DNA of 64,000 nt from Alphaproteobacteria bacterium (GTDB lineage: Bacteria > Pseudomonadota > Alphaproteobacteria > Rs-D84): assembly GCA_017616785.1 (NCBI GenBank), contig JAFZXK010000022.1, positions 58,516 through 122,515 on the forward strand, given 5' to 3'. The notes below the pieces were generated by a model. That model searched no databases. It saw only the letters and a program-made list of their open reading frames with translations, and was not told the DNA's origin. Shown in pieces: positions 1-9,179 of this stretch. Each line of letters starts with the position of its first letter. Position 1 is the stretch's first letter. Position numbers and translations under genes: made by a program.

Positions 1-414
1 GTTGTAACCGGTGGTGGTGTTATAACCGTGGATAGTGATGGCGTGGTCCATGTTGTGAACGATATAACCCCGGGCCAAGATACAATGATTGTTTCCGGCA
101 ATTCGGAAATTTCGGTCGATTTGTCGGCGGATGCGGAACCGTCGGTCGCATTACAAGACCAGGTTCGTTCTTGGGTCGTGGCAAATGGTCAGACACTGCG
201 TGAAGTGTTGCAATCGTGGTGCGACAAAGAAGGTTGGGATTTGGTTTGGACAACTTCGCGTGAATATCCGATAGAGGCAAGTGCCGTGTTCAAAGGTCGC
301 TTTGTTGATGTTGCGTCCGCGGTGGTGCGTAACTTTGGTCGCGCAATACCGGTGCCATATGCCAAGTTTTACAAGGGGAATCGTGTTTTGGTAATATCCA
401 CAACCGAAGATTAA
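1..414 (+). CDS. TcpQ/PilL-like pilus assembly protein, C-terminal part (frame open to window edge; true start probably upstream)
   Basis: No stop in frame 1 from nt 1. WVVANGQTLREVLQSWCDKEGWDLVW...AVFKGRF resembles the TcpQ/PilL domain as remembered. Lies 24 nt upstream of a secretin gene, as in tcpQ-tcpC and pilL-pilN pairs. Confidence 0.5.
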   Translation, partial: VVTGGGVITVDSDGVVHVVNDITPGQDTMIVSGNSEISVDLSADAEPSVALQDQVRSWVVANGQTLREVLQSWCDKEGWDLVWTTSREYPIEASAVFKGRFVDVASAVVRNFGRAIPVPYAKFYKGNRVLVISTTED

Positions 415-438
415 ATATAAATTGTAGGGAGATACACA

Positions 439-2064
439 ATGTTAAAGGCGTTTAAATTTTTTGTTGCACTTTTGATTTTTGTCGTCGTGGCGGGTTGCGC
501 AATGCAAAATTCGGCAAAGGTCGCATCGACCGTGGACAAGGATTTTGTAAATGTTTACGACGCCTTTGAAATGGCGAAAAATCCGCGCGCCAAGGTTACA
601 AGTGGCGATACCGTTTCCATGTCCGAAGGGGTATGGCTTGGCGGAAAATCAACATTGGTGGAACATAAGAACGATTTGCCGAAACAGTTTGAAACCGATA
701 CGGGTGTTACAATTTTGCTGAACGAACCCGTAACGTTACAGGTCTTGGCGAACAATATAAATTCTATTACGCGTATCCCGGTAAAGATTGATAGTCAGAT
801 TGCGTCTGATAAGTTGAAAAGAACGATGAATGTTGCGTATACCGGAAAATTGTCGGGCTTGCTGTCCCAGGTTGCGACCGATTTAGATTTGCTTTGGTAT
901 TACGACAAGACCGCGATTGTTTTCTATGAAACGGAAACCAAGACATTTACATTGTATGCATTGGGGACCGATGTGTCGTATCAATCTTCGGTTCAAACGG
1001 ATGACGGAAATCAGGTTTACTTGGAAACAACATTAAAAGAATGGGACGAAGTTGAAAGTACAATATCATCTATTATTGGCAAAGCGGAAAACGCGAACTT
1101 TACCGTATCGCGCAGTTTGGGAACGATAACCGTTACCGCGCCGCCGTCGGTGCTGTCGCGTGTTGGTGATTATATCGCGCGGCAAAATAGACGCCTGTCG
1201 CAATTGGTTACGATTGATGTAAAGGTGTTGCAAGTTTCGATTTCGAATGATTCCGCGTTCGGGTTGAATTTGGCGGCGGCGATAAATTCGGCAACGGGCC
1301 TTAACATTGTCGCAAATCCAAAGAATAATCTTGCGGTCCCAGAGGCCAGTGCGATAAACATTGCGGTTTTGTCTAATGAATTGTCGGGTATGACGGGCGC
1401 AACGCATTTGGAAAATGGTTCGACCGTTTCGGGTGCATATACCAATGACCAAATAAATAATGGTTCACTTGCCGGAATCGCGGGCAGTACGGCATTGATT
1501 CAGGCACTTGCAAAGCAGGGTAAAGTGTCGTTGGTTACCAATGTTGGTGTAACGACCCGTAATAACCGTGTTGCGCCGGTGAATAATACCAAGAGTACCG
1601 GTTATATTAAACGATTCGAATCGCGTAACTTTACAACCGTTGAATCAAGTACCGTTGACCAAGACAGTTTGGAAACCGGATTTTCAATGCAGTTGTTACC
1701 GAACATTTTGGAAAATGGGAAAATCTTGCTCTTGTTCCGTATGTCTGTTCGCGAATTGTTAAAGATGTCAAGCCAAACGATTGGTGAGGTTACATTGCAA
1801 TTGCCAGAGGTTGAAGAACGCAGTTTTATGCAAGAAGTTATTATGGAATCTGGGCAGATGTTGGTTGTGTCCGGCTTTGAAAAACAGGCGAACAATGACA
1901 CGCGTTATGGTTTGGGTGACCCGGACTTTATGCTGCTGTCGGGGTCGCGTGAAACCGCATCAACGCGTGATGTGTTGGTTGTGATTTTGACACCGCAAGT
2001 TTTGGTTAGCCCGATGGATGCGGAACGCACGATACAGCAACACTGGGGTGCACCATTGAATTAA
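439..2064 (+). CDS. Secretin-family outer-membrane lipoprotein (PilN/TcpC-like, type IVb pilus type)
   Basis: Lipobox VVAGC with Cys20. C-terminal secretin-like block LVVSGFEKQANNDTRYGLGD...RDVLVVILTPQVL. RBS AGGGAG upstream. Confidence 0.6.
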   Translation: MLKAFKFFVALLIFVVVAGCAMQNSAKVASTVDKDFVNVYDAFEMAKNPRAKVTSGDTVSMSEGVWLGGKSTLVEHKNDLPKQFETDTGVTILLNEPVTLQVLANNINSITRIPVKIDSQIASDKLKRTMNVAYTGKLSGLLSQVATDLDLLWYYDKTAIVFYETETKTFTLYALGTDVSYQSSVQTDDGNQVYLETTLKEWDEVESTISSIIGKAENANFTVSRSLGTITVTAPPSVLSRVGDYIARQNRRLSQLVTIDVKVLQVSISNDSAFGLNLAAAINSATGLNIVANPKNNLAVPEASAINIAVLSNELSGMTGATHLENGSTVSGAYTNDQINNGSLAGIAGSTALIQALAKQGKVSLVTNVGVTTRNNRVAPVNNTKSTGYIKRFESRNFTTVESSTVDQDSLETGFSMQLLPNILENGKILLLFRMSVRELLKMSSQTIGEVTLQLPEVEERSFMQEVIMESGQMLVVSGFEKQANNDTRYGLGDPDFMLLSGSRETASTRDVLVVILTPQVLVSPMDAERTIQQHWGAPLN

Positions 2065-2118
2065 AAGTAAACAGACCACCGATTGGGGGTCTTTTCATAT
2101 GATTAAAGGAGAGTGTAA

Positions 2119-3270
2119 ATGAAAAAAGTATGCCTTTTGGCTTTGTTTGTCACATTTGGTGCATGGGCGATTGGTAATAATGTGATTTCTAAGTTGGCAC
2201 CCTATGCGGATTATTCTTGGTTGAAAAACGAAGAATTATCATTTTCAGAAAAAGAACAAGAGTTAGATATAAGGTCTATGGATTGTACGAATAAAGATTT
2301 ATCAAAATATACAGCGGAACAAATATCTTTTGACAATGGAACAGTGTTTCCGAAGAATGCTTCAAAATTACCTGCTGATTTTAATGCAAATGCTATAATG
2401 GAAAAACATAAAAACCCTGGTTTAAACTTGCATAAATTACACGAACAAGGAATTGATGGAAGTGGTGTATCTATGGCTATTATAGACCAACCACTATCAC
2501 CACATAATGAATACAATGACAATCTGGCTCATTATGAAGAGTTTTTAGTTTATAAAGGACAATCCGGTTCAATGCATGGGGCCGCTGTTTCTTCAATAGC
2601 GGTTGGGAAAACTGTAGGTGTTGCACCAAAAGCAAAGTTATATTATTTTGCTGCTGATATCACAGATGGACAATTTCAAAATGATGAAATAAAACGAAAA
2701 ATATCTAAATATTATGCGGCTGCGTTGGATAAGATTGTGGAAATAAATGAAACATTACCAGATAATGAAAAGATTGTTGCTGTATCTGTATCTGCATCCC
2801 CGGCTTTATCTCGTGACCCGGAAATATGGGAAAAAGCACTAGAAAAAGCGAAACAAGCAGGAATTTTTGTGACAACAACACATATTGAAAAAGAATACGG
2901 ATTTCGTGATAATGGTGTTTACAGATTTGTTTCGCAAGAACCTGATGATTTTGAATCTTATAGACAGACAAATTGGCAAATTGGTTATGATATGCCTGTT
3001 GATATTCAAAAAAATACATTATGTTTCCCGATGGACCACAGAACGACTGCGGCGCCAAATGGTATTAACGATTATGTTCATTATGCAAATGGTGGTTTTT
3101 CTTGGATGAAACCGTTTGAGGCGAGTGTATATGTATTAGCAAAACAAGTAAAACGAGATATTACACCAGAAGAGTTTTTCAAAGTCGGTTTAGAAACAGG
3201 GGATTACAGTGAAAAAGCAAAATGTGTTATTGTGAATCCTGTTGCATTGATTGATTATCTTCGTAAATAG
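2119..3270 (+). CDS. Secreted subtilisin-like (S8) serine peptidase
   Basis: Signal peptide. Asp box GSGVSMAIIDQ, His box GSMHGAAVSSIAVG, candidate Ser box GGFSWMKP. A/T-ending codon usage differs from neighbours. Confidence 0.55.
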   Translation: MKKVCLLALFVTFGAWAIGNNVISKLAPYADYSWLKNEELSFSEKEQELDIRSMDCTNKDLSKYTAEQISFDNGTVFPKNASKLPADFNANAIMEKHKNPGLNLHKLHEQGIDGSGVSMAIIDQPLSPHNEYNDNLAHYEEFLVYKGQSGSMHGAAVSSIAVGKTVGVAPKAKLYYFAADITDGQFQNDEIKRKISKYYAAALDKIVEINETLPDNEKIVAVSVSASPALSRDPEIWEKALEKAKQAGIFVTTTHIEKEYGFRDNGVYRFVSQEPDDFESYRQTNWQIGYDMPVDIQKNTLCFPMDHRTTAAPNGINDYVHYANGGFSWMKPFEASVYVLAKQVKRDITPEEFFKVGLETGDYSEKAKCVIVNPVALIDYLRK

Positions 3271-3322
3271 TTTAACGGTTTTTATTGCGAACAAACGGCG
3301 TGCAGAATTGCACGCCTGAAAC

Positions 3323-3368
3323 TACCCCGTCTGGCTTCGCCATCCACCCCTTCACACGGTGAAGGGGA
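3323..3368. repeat. Solo C-type hairpin module (TACCCCG-hairpin-CCCCTTCACACGGTGAAGGGGA)
   Basis: Same architecture as the C modules at 26.8, 30.5, 38, 41.6 and 42.3 kb. Abuts the rpsT stop codon. Confidence 0.6.
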
Positions 3369-3629
3369 CTATGACAGTTTTGCGGCGGCACGTGTAAGGC
3401 GTGAAACCTTGCGCGATGCGCGTTTTTTAGGCATTGTTTTGCCCGCGGCCTTCATCATTTTGCTTTCGGCACTGCGCACCGCGGCGACCGCGGCGGCTTT
3501 GTCCCCGGCGGCAATCGCCGCGACGGCCTTTTTATTTTCGGTTTTAACGGCACTGCGGCGCGCGGTATTTACCGCGTTTTTCTTTGCAGTAACCAGGACT
3601 CTTTTTTTAGATGATTTGTGGTTTGCCAC
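3369..3629 (-). CDS. rpsT: 30S ribosomal protein S20
   Basis: MANHKSSKKRVLVTAKKNAVN..., an 86-aa basic Ala/Lys-rich protein typical of S20. Confidence 0.9.
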   Translation of the reverse strand: MANHKSSKKRVLVTAKKNAVNTARRSAVKTENKKAVAAIAAGDKAAAVAAVRSAESKMMKAAGKTMPKKRASRKVSRLTRAAAKLS

Positions 3630-3705
3630 TTTATTTTCCTTTTATTTATTTCGGTTTTCTGGTATATTTTATAGAAAACAAAGATAAAATCAAGGAAAAA
3701 TAACA

Positions 3706-4293
3706 ATGTTATATATTATTGGAATTTTGGTCGCCTATGCATTGGGCAGTATTCCGTGTGGATTGGTCCTGTCGCGGATTTTTGGGTATGGCGATTTGCG
3801 CAAGATTGGCAGTGGTAACACCGGTGCCACAAATGCGTTGCGGGCGGGCGGGTTGCGCCTTGCCATCTTGGTTTGGATATTTGATATGGCCAAAGCGGTG
3901 GCGGCGGTTTTAATTGGAAATTGGATTGGCGGCGCGGCGTTTGGTGCGTGGTGCGGGTTTGCCGCTATGGTTGGGCATTGTTTTCCGGTATGGCTTCGTT
4001 TCCATGGGGGCAAGGGGGTTTCGTGCCTGTTTGGAATTTTGATTGCGGTCAATCCGATATTGTTTGTGATTTGCGGAATTGAATGGTTGATTGTCGCGTT
4101 GGGGTTCGGCTATTCATCGTTGGGCGCGGTGGTTGTATTTTGCCTTGCGCCGGTGTTGGGGTTTGCGATTTCGTCGGGTGTTGGATTGGCGTTTTTGGCG
4201 ATGGGGTTGCTCTGTTTATATCGGCATTTGGAAAATATTGGGCGCCTGGTCGGTGGAACAGAATCAAAAATTGTTTGGCGTTGGAAGAAATAA
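3706..4293 (+). CDS. plsY: Glycerol-3-phosphate acyltransferase PlsY
   Basis: GSIPCGLVLSRIFG...GSGNTGATNALRAGG motif; multi-TM protein of 195 aa. Confidence 0.9.
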   Translation: MLYIIGILVAYALGSIPCGLVLSRIFGYGDLRKIGSGNTGATNALRAGGLRLAILVWIFDMAKAVAAVLIGNWIGGAAFGAWCGFAAMVGHCFPVWLRFHGGKGVSCLFGILIAVNPILFVICGIEWLIVALGFGYSSLGAVVVFCLAPVLGFAISSGVGLAFLAMGLLCLYRHLENIGRLVGGTESKIVWRWKK

Positions 4294-4325
4294 AACTATT
4301 TGCGCTTTATTTTTGACCGTTTTTG

Positions 4326-4334
4326 TGGTATAAT
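4326..4334 (+). promoter_or_regulatory. Extended -10 element TGgTATAAT
   Basis: TTTTGTGGTATAAT lies 31 nt upstream of the ATG at 4365. A near-identical TTTTGTGGTAAAAT precedes the 8095 gene. Confidence 0.45.
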
Positions 4335-4364
4335 ACCCTATAGTAAAAGAGGGAGATTTTGCAA

Positions 4365-5207
4365 ATGAAGAATTTGTTCATTGTGTCGCTTTTGGCGTTG
4401 CCGACACTGGCAATGGCGGATTTGCGCGATCCGCGTGTGGGTGCAACCAGTATGGTGGCAAGTCGTCTTGCCCCCGCGCAGGGGCGTGCGATTGTCGCAA
4501 GCAAAAATCAGATTACTATGCCAGATGTTTCGATTAGTACCGACCGTTCGCCGAGTATCAAGGATGACGATATAAAACCTTCTTTCCCACCGGCGGACGC
4601 GGAAAAGGACAATCGCGATGCCGAACGTGCCGCGTGTTTGAACAATAATATCGGAATCGGAAATACTTTTGTTTGGGCGTCGAAGTATAGCAACACGAAC
4701 AGTTATGCATCAATGCAGGAAGATGTCGAAAATCCTGAAAATAATGTGTGCTTTGTAAAGGTCGATTTGAAGTCGGCGGATGGGCGCGTGGATATGTCTG
4801 GGTTCCCAAGCAAATATTTTCAATGGGGATATAATATAAACTGTGGTTCGTGGGTCGACGAAGAATTATTGCAACAACGCATTTTGGATGCGAAAAAGAC
4901 CGGGCGGACTTTGGCGACCGTTGGTGGTGCGGTTGGTGGTGCCGCGGTTGGTGTAGGTGCGATGGAACTGTTTGGAAATAAACTTATTGGCGGTAAAGTC
5001 GAAGGACAGAAGAATAAAAAGTTATCCCAGACGCAATTGCTCCGGTCGCAGTTGCTGACGCTTAAAGATAAGAAAGATTCGCGGTATGAATCTTTTATGA
5101 CCGAATTGCGCAATTTCAAAAAGGTGTGCGACGAATATAAATCGAAAACCAATAGTACGTATAGCAAGTGCGATGAATTTGACTATGACCAATTGCTTGC
5201 AATATAG
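4365..5207 (+). CDS. Secreted/anchored hypothetical protein with glycine-zipper hydrophobic segment
   Basis: Signal peptide MKNLFIVSLLALPTLAMA; RBS GAGGGAG. LATVGGAVGGAAVGVGAM segment followed by a K-rich coiled region. No family recognised. Confidence 0.6.
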   Translation: MKNLFIVSLLALPTLAMADLRDPRVGATSMVASRLAPAQGRAIVASKNQITMPDVSISTDRSPSIKDDDIKPSFPPADAEKDNRDAERAACLNNNIGIGNTFVWASKYSNTNSYASMQEDVENPENNVCFVKVDLKSADGRVDMSGFPSKYFQWGYNINCGSWVDEELLQQRILDAKKTGRTLATVGGAVGGAAVGVGAMELFGNKLIGGKVEGQKNKKLSQTQLLRSQLLTLKDKKDSRYESFMTELRNFKKVCDEYKSKTNSTYSKCDEFDYDQLLAI

Positions 5208-5294
5208 CGTTGCGTGTCATATATACGTGTCATATATAAATGTATAAAACATCCAATCGGGTGTTTTTTCTTTTGATTTGTGACAAAATGTTTT

Positions 5295-5300
5295 TATAGT
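5295..5300 (+). promoter_or_regulatory. Candidate -10 TATAGT (with -35 TTGATT at 5273-5278, 16-nt spacer) for dprA
   Basis: The hexamers are seen directly. The -10 ends 7 nt before the dprA ATG, so the transcript may be leaderless. Confidence 0.35.
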
Positions 5301-5307
5301 ATGGGCA

Positions 5308-6321
5308 ATGGAAAACTTATTCGAACATCTTTTAATTCTGCGGTCGCCGGGAATCGGGCCGGTGGCGTATGAAAAATTATTGCGCCGATTCGGGTCGGTG
5401 GGGGCGGTCGTTGAATCTTTGAATCCGTCGGATGATTTGCGCGATTCGGTTATGCGCGAAATTGATGCGGCGGTGCGTATGGATATAAAGTTCGTCTTTG
5501 ACACGGATGAATATTATCCGGTGGGATTGCGGCGTGTAAAAAATCATCCGCCAATTTTGACGGTGCGCGGAAATGTGGAAACTTTGCGGCGCGAATCGGT
5601 TGCGATGGTTGGAACGCGGCATGCGACCGCAACAGGGATGGAATTTGTTGCGAATATGGCGACGGCGTTTGCGGAGAATAATATATGTGTAACATCCGGT
5701 ATGGCAATTGGAACCGATTCGGCCGCGCATATTGGGGCGCTGCGTGCGGTTGGGAATATGAATACTGTGGCGGTGTTGGCCGGTGGGGTCGATTATATTT
5801 GGCCACTTGAAAATGAATCGTTGTATTACGAGATTTTGGAACGTGGTGCGGTGATAAGTGATATGCCAATTGGATTTGTCCCAAAGGGAACAAATTTTGT
5901 GCAGCGAAATAGGATTATTGCCGGAATTGGTGAAAAACTTATATTGTCAGAGGCCGATTTGAAATCTGGCAGTATGAAAACCGCGGAATTTGCACTTGAA
6001 TATGGGCGAACAGTTTATGCGGTGCCGTCCCATCCGGCGGATTCACGGGCCACCGGGCCAAATTCACTGATTCGGTCGGGACACGCAATTTTATGCCAAG
6101 GGGTATCAGATTTCTTTGGCGATGATAAGGCAGAGGAAAAAAATATCAAAAAACCCGAATCGGAAAATGCGATTTTGGATAAAATTGGAACCGTTCCGCT
6201 ATCGGAATCTGTATTGGCAGAAATTGTCGGAAAAAGTATTTCGGAAATTAAACGAGGGTTGGTAATTTTGGAATTGCAAGGTCTGATTGAAAAACAAGAT
6301 AATGGCTATGTTCGGTTATAA
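5308..6321 (+). CDS. dprA: DNA-processing protein DprA (Smf)
   Basis: GTRHATATGMEFVANMATAFAENNICVTSGMAIGTDSAAH Rossmann-like DprA core; 337 aa. Confidence 0.85.
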   Translation: MENLFEHLLILRSPGIGPVAYEKLLRRFGSVGAVVESLNPSDDLRDSVMREIDAAVRMDIKFVFDTDEYYPVGLRRVKNHPPILTVRGNVETLRRESVAMVGTRHATATGMEFVANMATAFAENNICVTSGMAIGTDSAAHIGALRAVGNMNTVAVLAGGVDYIWPLENESLYYEILERGAVISDMPIGFVPKGTNFVQRNRIIAGIGEKLILSEADLKSGSMKTAEFALEYGRTVYAVPSHPADSRATGPNSLIRSGHAILCQGVSDFFGDDKAEEKNIKKPESENAILDKIGTVPLSESVLAEIVGKSISEIKRGLVILELQGLIEKQDNGYVRL

Positions 6322-6636
6322 GAAATGTTGTGTCTATACAGTGTATATACAAAGCGCGGAAAACAGGCAAAAAAACGAATCGTGTCAAAAAATAAATTTG
6401 AAAAAATTTGGTAAGATTTGGTTGCAAACAGAAATCAATCTTATACATTATCAGCCATAGAAAGGTTGGTTTAGGTTTTTAGTTAACAGCATAGAGAGAG
6501 TGAGTGTAGGTAACATAAGGAAACGTTGAATTCAAATTGGTTGATGGAATTTGACGTTTTTATGCGGGTGGCTTTTGCATACTTCGCGCGGGACTTTGCA
6601 GGAAACTCTTTTGAAAGGAAGGAAAGGAGAAACGGC

Positions 6637-7911
6637 ATGCAGGTGGCAATCTTGGACAAACAGGTTTCTTTGGATGCAATAAAAAATGATATTGCGACCA
6701 AAATGGATGCGGCCTGTTTTACTGCTTGGATTGCGCCACTTAGTATAACTGTGTCGGATTCTGAATTGGTGTTTAATGCGCCTAATCAATTTACTGCGGA
6801 TTTTGTTGGTGCGACATATTCAAATATATTAAATGCGGTTGCGGACGCATATGGTTTAACTGTGCGCATTTCGGTTAAATCGATTGCACCGCGCATGGTT
6901 AAAACCGCAAATGATAATAATTCACAGACATATACCGCGCCGGCCGTTGCAAAAGATGCCGGCGATTTTGATTCATTTGTTTCATCCGAAGAAAATTCGT
7001 TTGTTGTGTCGGCATGTAAAAAAATGGCGGCGGGGACGGCAACGTTTTCACCGCTGTTTATTTACGGGCCGGCGGGTTGTGGCAAAAGTTTACTTGCGCG
7101 GTGCATAAATTCGGCGGCGCATGGAAAGACGGTTATGATGTCTGGGGCACAGTTTGTTTCTGAATTTGCGCGCGCGTTGCATGACCGGACAATTTTTGCG
7201 TTCAAAGATTATTGTCGTAATTGTGATACATTTATTTTGGATGATGTTCAGGTTTTATCCGGCAAGCGTGCGACATGTGACGAATTCTTGCAATTGGTTG
7301 TTGACCTGCGTAATGCCGGAAAAAATATCGTTTTGGTTGCGGATGCGGCGCCAAGTAATTTGACCGGGTTTGACCATCGTGCACAATCACTTTTGGCGTC
7401 GGGTTTGGTTGCGGATGTTGCGGCGCCAACGCGCGCGGTGCGGTGTAAAATGTTTGAACGTGCCGGGGTGGGTGCAACGGTCGCAAATATGATTGCGGGT
7501 CGCATTTTGTCGGACGGTCATGTGATTGCGGGCGTGCTGAATAAAATAAACGCTTATCGTGAAATTATGGGTCAATCGATTGATGAAAATGTTGCGGAAA
7601 GGTTGCTTGCCGATACACTTAAAAAATCGCGTTCGCCAATTGCAATTGTGAAATCGATGTGTGAAAAGTTGGGCGTGTCGTATGACGCGGTTTGCGGAAC
7701 GGGTCGTGCGCGTGCGTTGGTTTTGGCGCGGCAAATGATGATGGTCGTGCTTAAAAACGCAACGGGGTTATCACTTGCGGAAATCGGGCAATACGTCGGC
7801 GGTCGCGACCATGCAACGGTTATGTACGGAATTGATAGAATCGAAAAGTTGAAATTAAATGATTTGGTTTTGTCCGCGCAACTTACACAAATGATTGATG
7901 AGTATAAGTAA
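6637..7911 (+). CDS. dnaA: Chromosomal replication initiator DnaA
   Basis: AAA+ Walker A GPAGCGKSLL and C-terminal DNA-binding helix block LSLAEIGQYVGGRDHATVMYGIDRIEK. ATG at 6637 with RBS GGAAAGGAG chosen over the ORF-track start 6526. Confidence 0.93.
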   Translation: MQVAILDKQVSLDAIKNDIATKMDAACFTAWIAPLSITVSDSELVFNAPNQFTADFVGATYSNILNAVADAYGLTVRISVKSIAPRMVKTANDNNSQTYTAPAVAKDAGDFDSFVSSEENSFVVSACKKMAAGTATFSPLFIYGPAGCGKSLLARCINSAAHGKTVMMSGAQFVSEFARALHDRTIFAFKDYCRNCDTFILDDVQVLSGKRATCDEFLQLVVDLRNAGKNIVLVADAAPSNLTGFDHRAQSLLASGLVADVAAPTRAVRCKMFERAGVGATVANMIAGRILSDGHVIAGVLNKINAYREIMGQSIDENVAERLLADTLKKSRSPIAIVKSMCEKLGVSYDAVCGTGRARALVLARQMMMVVLKNATGLSLAEIGQYVGGRDHATVMYGIDRIEKLKLNDLVLSAQLTQMIDEYK

Positions 7912-7921
7912 TTTTGAATGG

Positions 7922-8020
7922 GCGACACCCCGCCCGCTTTCGCTAGCTATCACCCACAAATTTTTTCAAATTTTGTGGGGCCTGATGCTACAGCGAGGCA
8001 CCCCTCTAGCCAGAGGGGAA
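7922..8020. repeat. A-type half element (GCGACACCCCG...CACCCCTCTAGCCAGAGGGGAA) with extra internal hairpin
   Basis: Same termini as the copies at 19904, 26150, 39645, 45271 and 53246. The internal CCCACAAA..TTTGTGGG hairpin is an insertion. Confidence 0.7.
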
Positions 8021-8061
8021 TTAGGGGATTAAAATAATCATTTTGTCTTTCGGGATTTTTG

Positions 8062-8070
8062 TGGTAAAAT
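8062..8070 (+). promoter_or_regulatory. Extended -10 element TGgTAAAAT
   Basis: TTTTGTGGTAAAAT lies 25 nt upstream of the ATG at 8095. Confidence 0.4.
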
Positions 8071-8094
8071 ATAGGGAAAATAGGAGCGAGAGAT

Positions 8095-9147
8095 ATGAAA
8101 AAACTTCTTGTGTTTTTTATGGTTTTATTTGGAATAAGTTTGGGCGCGATGGCAACGCCAAAGGATTATAAGGCGGCTGATGGTTTTATTTGTGCCAAGG
8201 TTGATAGTGAGGTAAAATCTGACGGGACTCCAGTAAATGCGTTGAAAGGGCAAAATGCAAAGATTCAGTTGTTTTTTGATACAGGTAGTAAAACCAGTAT
8301 AGGTTTGCATGATGGTTGCGAAGCGTTGTATAAAGAGATATATGCCGATGTGCAGAAAGTAGCGGATGATATAGAGGAGTTGGTTTATGTTGGTTCCGCA
8401 GATCAACAAAATAGAAGTGGAAACTCTGATCTTAATCGTGATTTGGCGAAACGTCGCGCAAATTATGCGTATAAAGTGCTTGGTGGCGGAATTGGTTGGA
8501 GAATACATGTCGCTGGTGATGAAGATGCCAAAACGTATTCACCGACGGTTGATAATCAGGTTTTTCGTTCAGTGAGTGTTTATGTTATTTGGCGGTTGGC
8601 ACAGTGTCCGGAAAAGTTTGTTGAAAAATTGTCTGCGTATGAAAAAGAATTGACGGATGCGTTGAGTAAATATCCAAAGGACAAAAATAAAATAGAAAAT
8701 GCACTTGCGGGTGTTAAGAAAGCAAAGGAACTTTGTGCACCGGGTAAGACATTGACGGCGGGTGAAGTTGAACAATTGTTGGATGAAGTATATGGAATGT
8801 TAATAATTGCCGGTGATGTTGTAACATCCGTTCAGGTTATAAATACAGAAATTGGCATCGATGTTTCATACCAAGAAAATTCGATTGATTTGCAATATTC
8901 AAAACTTGATAGTTTACGGCGTGGGCTTGGCCTTTCGGTTTGGCGGGATGAAGAGGGCAAGTTTAATACTGCGCGTTTGATTTCCGATTCGGTTGCTGGT
9001 GTTGTGTTGGGAACGGTTGGCGGAATTGTTACAAGTAAATTAGTAAAGAAAAATCAATTGAAAAAAGGTTTCGAAGATTTGTATTGCGCCATCGGTGGTC
9101 AGACGGTCGCAGAATACGGTGACGATTTTACGGTTGGATTAAGATAA
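8095..9147 (+). CDS. Secreted OmpA-like-domain protein with C-terminal glycine-zipper segment
   Basis: Signal peptide. IQLFFDTGS...VYVGSADQQNRSGNSDLNRDLAKRRANYAYKVL...FRSVSVYV resembles an OmpA_C peptidoglycan-binding domain. VAGVVLGTVGGIV hydrophobic segment near the C-terminus. Confidence 0.5.
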   Translation: MKKLLVFFMVLFGISLGAMATPKDYKAADGFICAKVDSEVKSDGTPVNALKGQNAKIQLFFDTGSKTSIGLHDGCEALYKEIYADVQKVADDIEELVYVGSADQQNRSGNSDLNRDLAKRRANYAYKVLGGGIGWRIHVAGDEDAKTYSPTVDNQVFRSVSVYVIWRLAQCPEKFVEKLSAYEKELTDALSKYPKDKNKIENALAGVKKAKELCAPGKTLTAGEVEQLLDEVYGMLIIAGDVVTSVQVINTEIGIDVSYQENSIDLQYSKLDSLRRGLGLSVWRDEEGKFNTARLISDSVAGVVLGTVGGIVTSKLVKKNQLKKGFEDLYCAIGGQTVAEYGDDFTVGLR

Positions 9148-9154
9148 AAAAAAT

Positions 9155-9179
9155 GGTCGCATTTGCGACCGTTTTTTTT
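9155..9179. terminator. Bidirectional intrinsic terminator
   Basis: GGTCGC-ATTT-GCGACC hairpin flanked by an A8 run upstream and a T8 run downstream, between convergent genes. Confidence 0.75.

Noticed and set aside
6322-6636. Possible oriC or DnaA boxes in the A/T-rich region upstream of dnaA.
   Set aside because: The best matches to TTATCCACA that I could find (for example TTATACATT at 6441 and TTATCAGCC at 6448) have 3 mismatches. There is no convincing box cluster, so no origin is called. A proper matrix scan and GC-skew analysis of the whole genome are needed.
6526-6636. Upstream-extended starts given by the ORF track for dnaA (6526), the VirB2-like gene (26687), tolB (28708), the 40019 and 36617 genes, clpB-adjacent rpmB (44523), and others.
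   Set aside because: In each case an internal ATG with a good Shine-Dalgarno sequence yields the N-terminus or signal peptide expected for the family. The extensions run through promoters or repeats.
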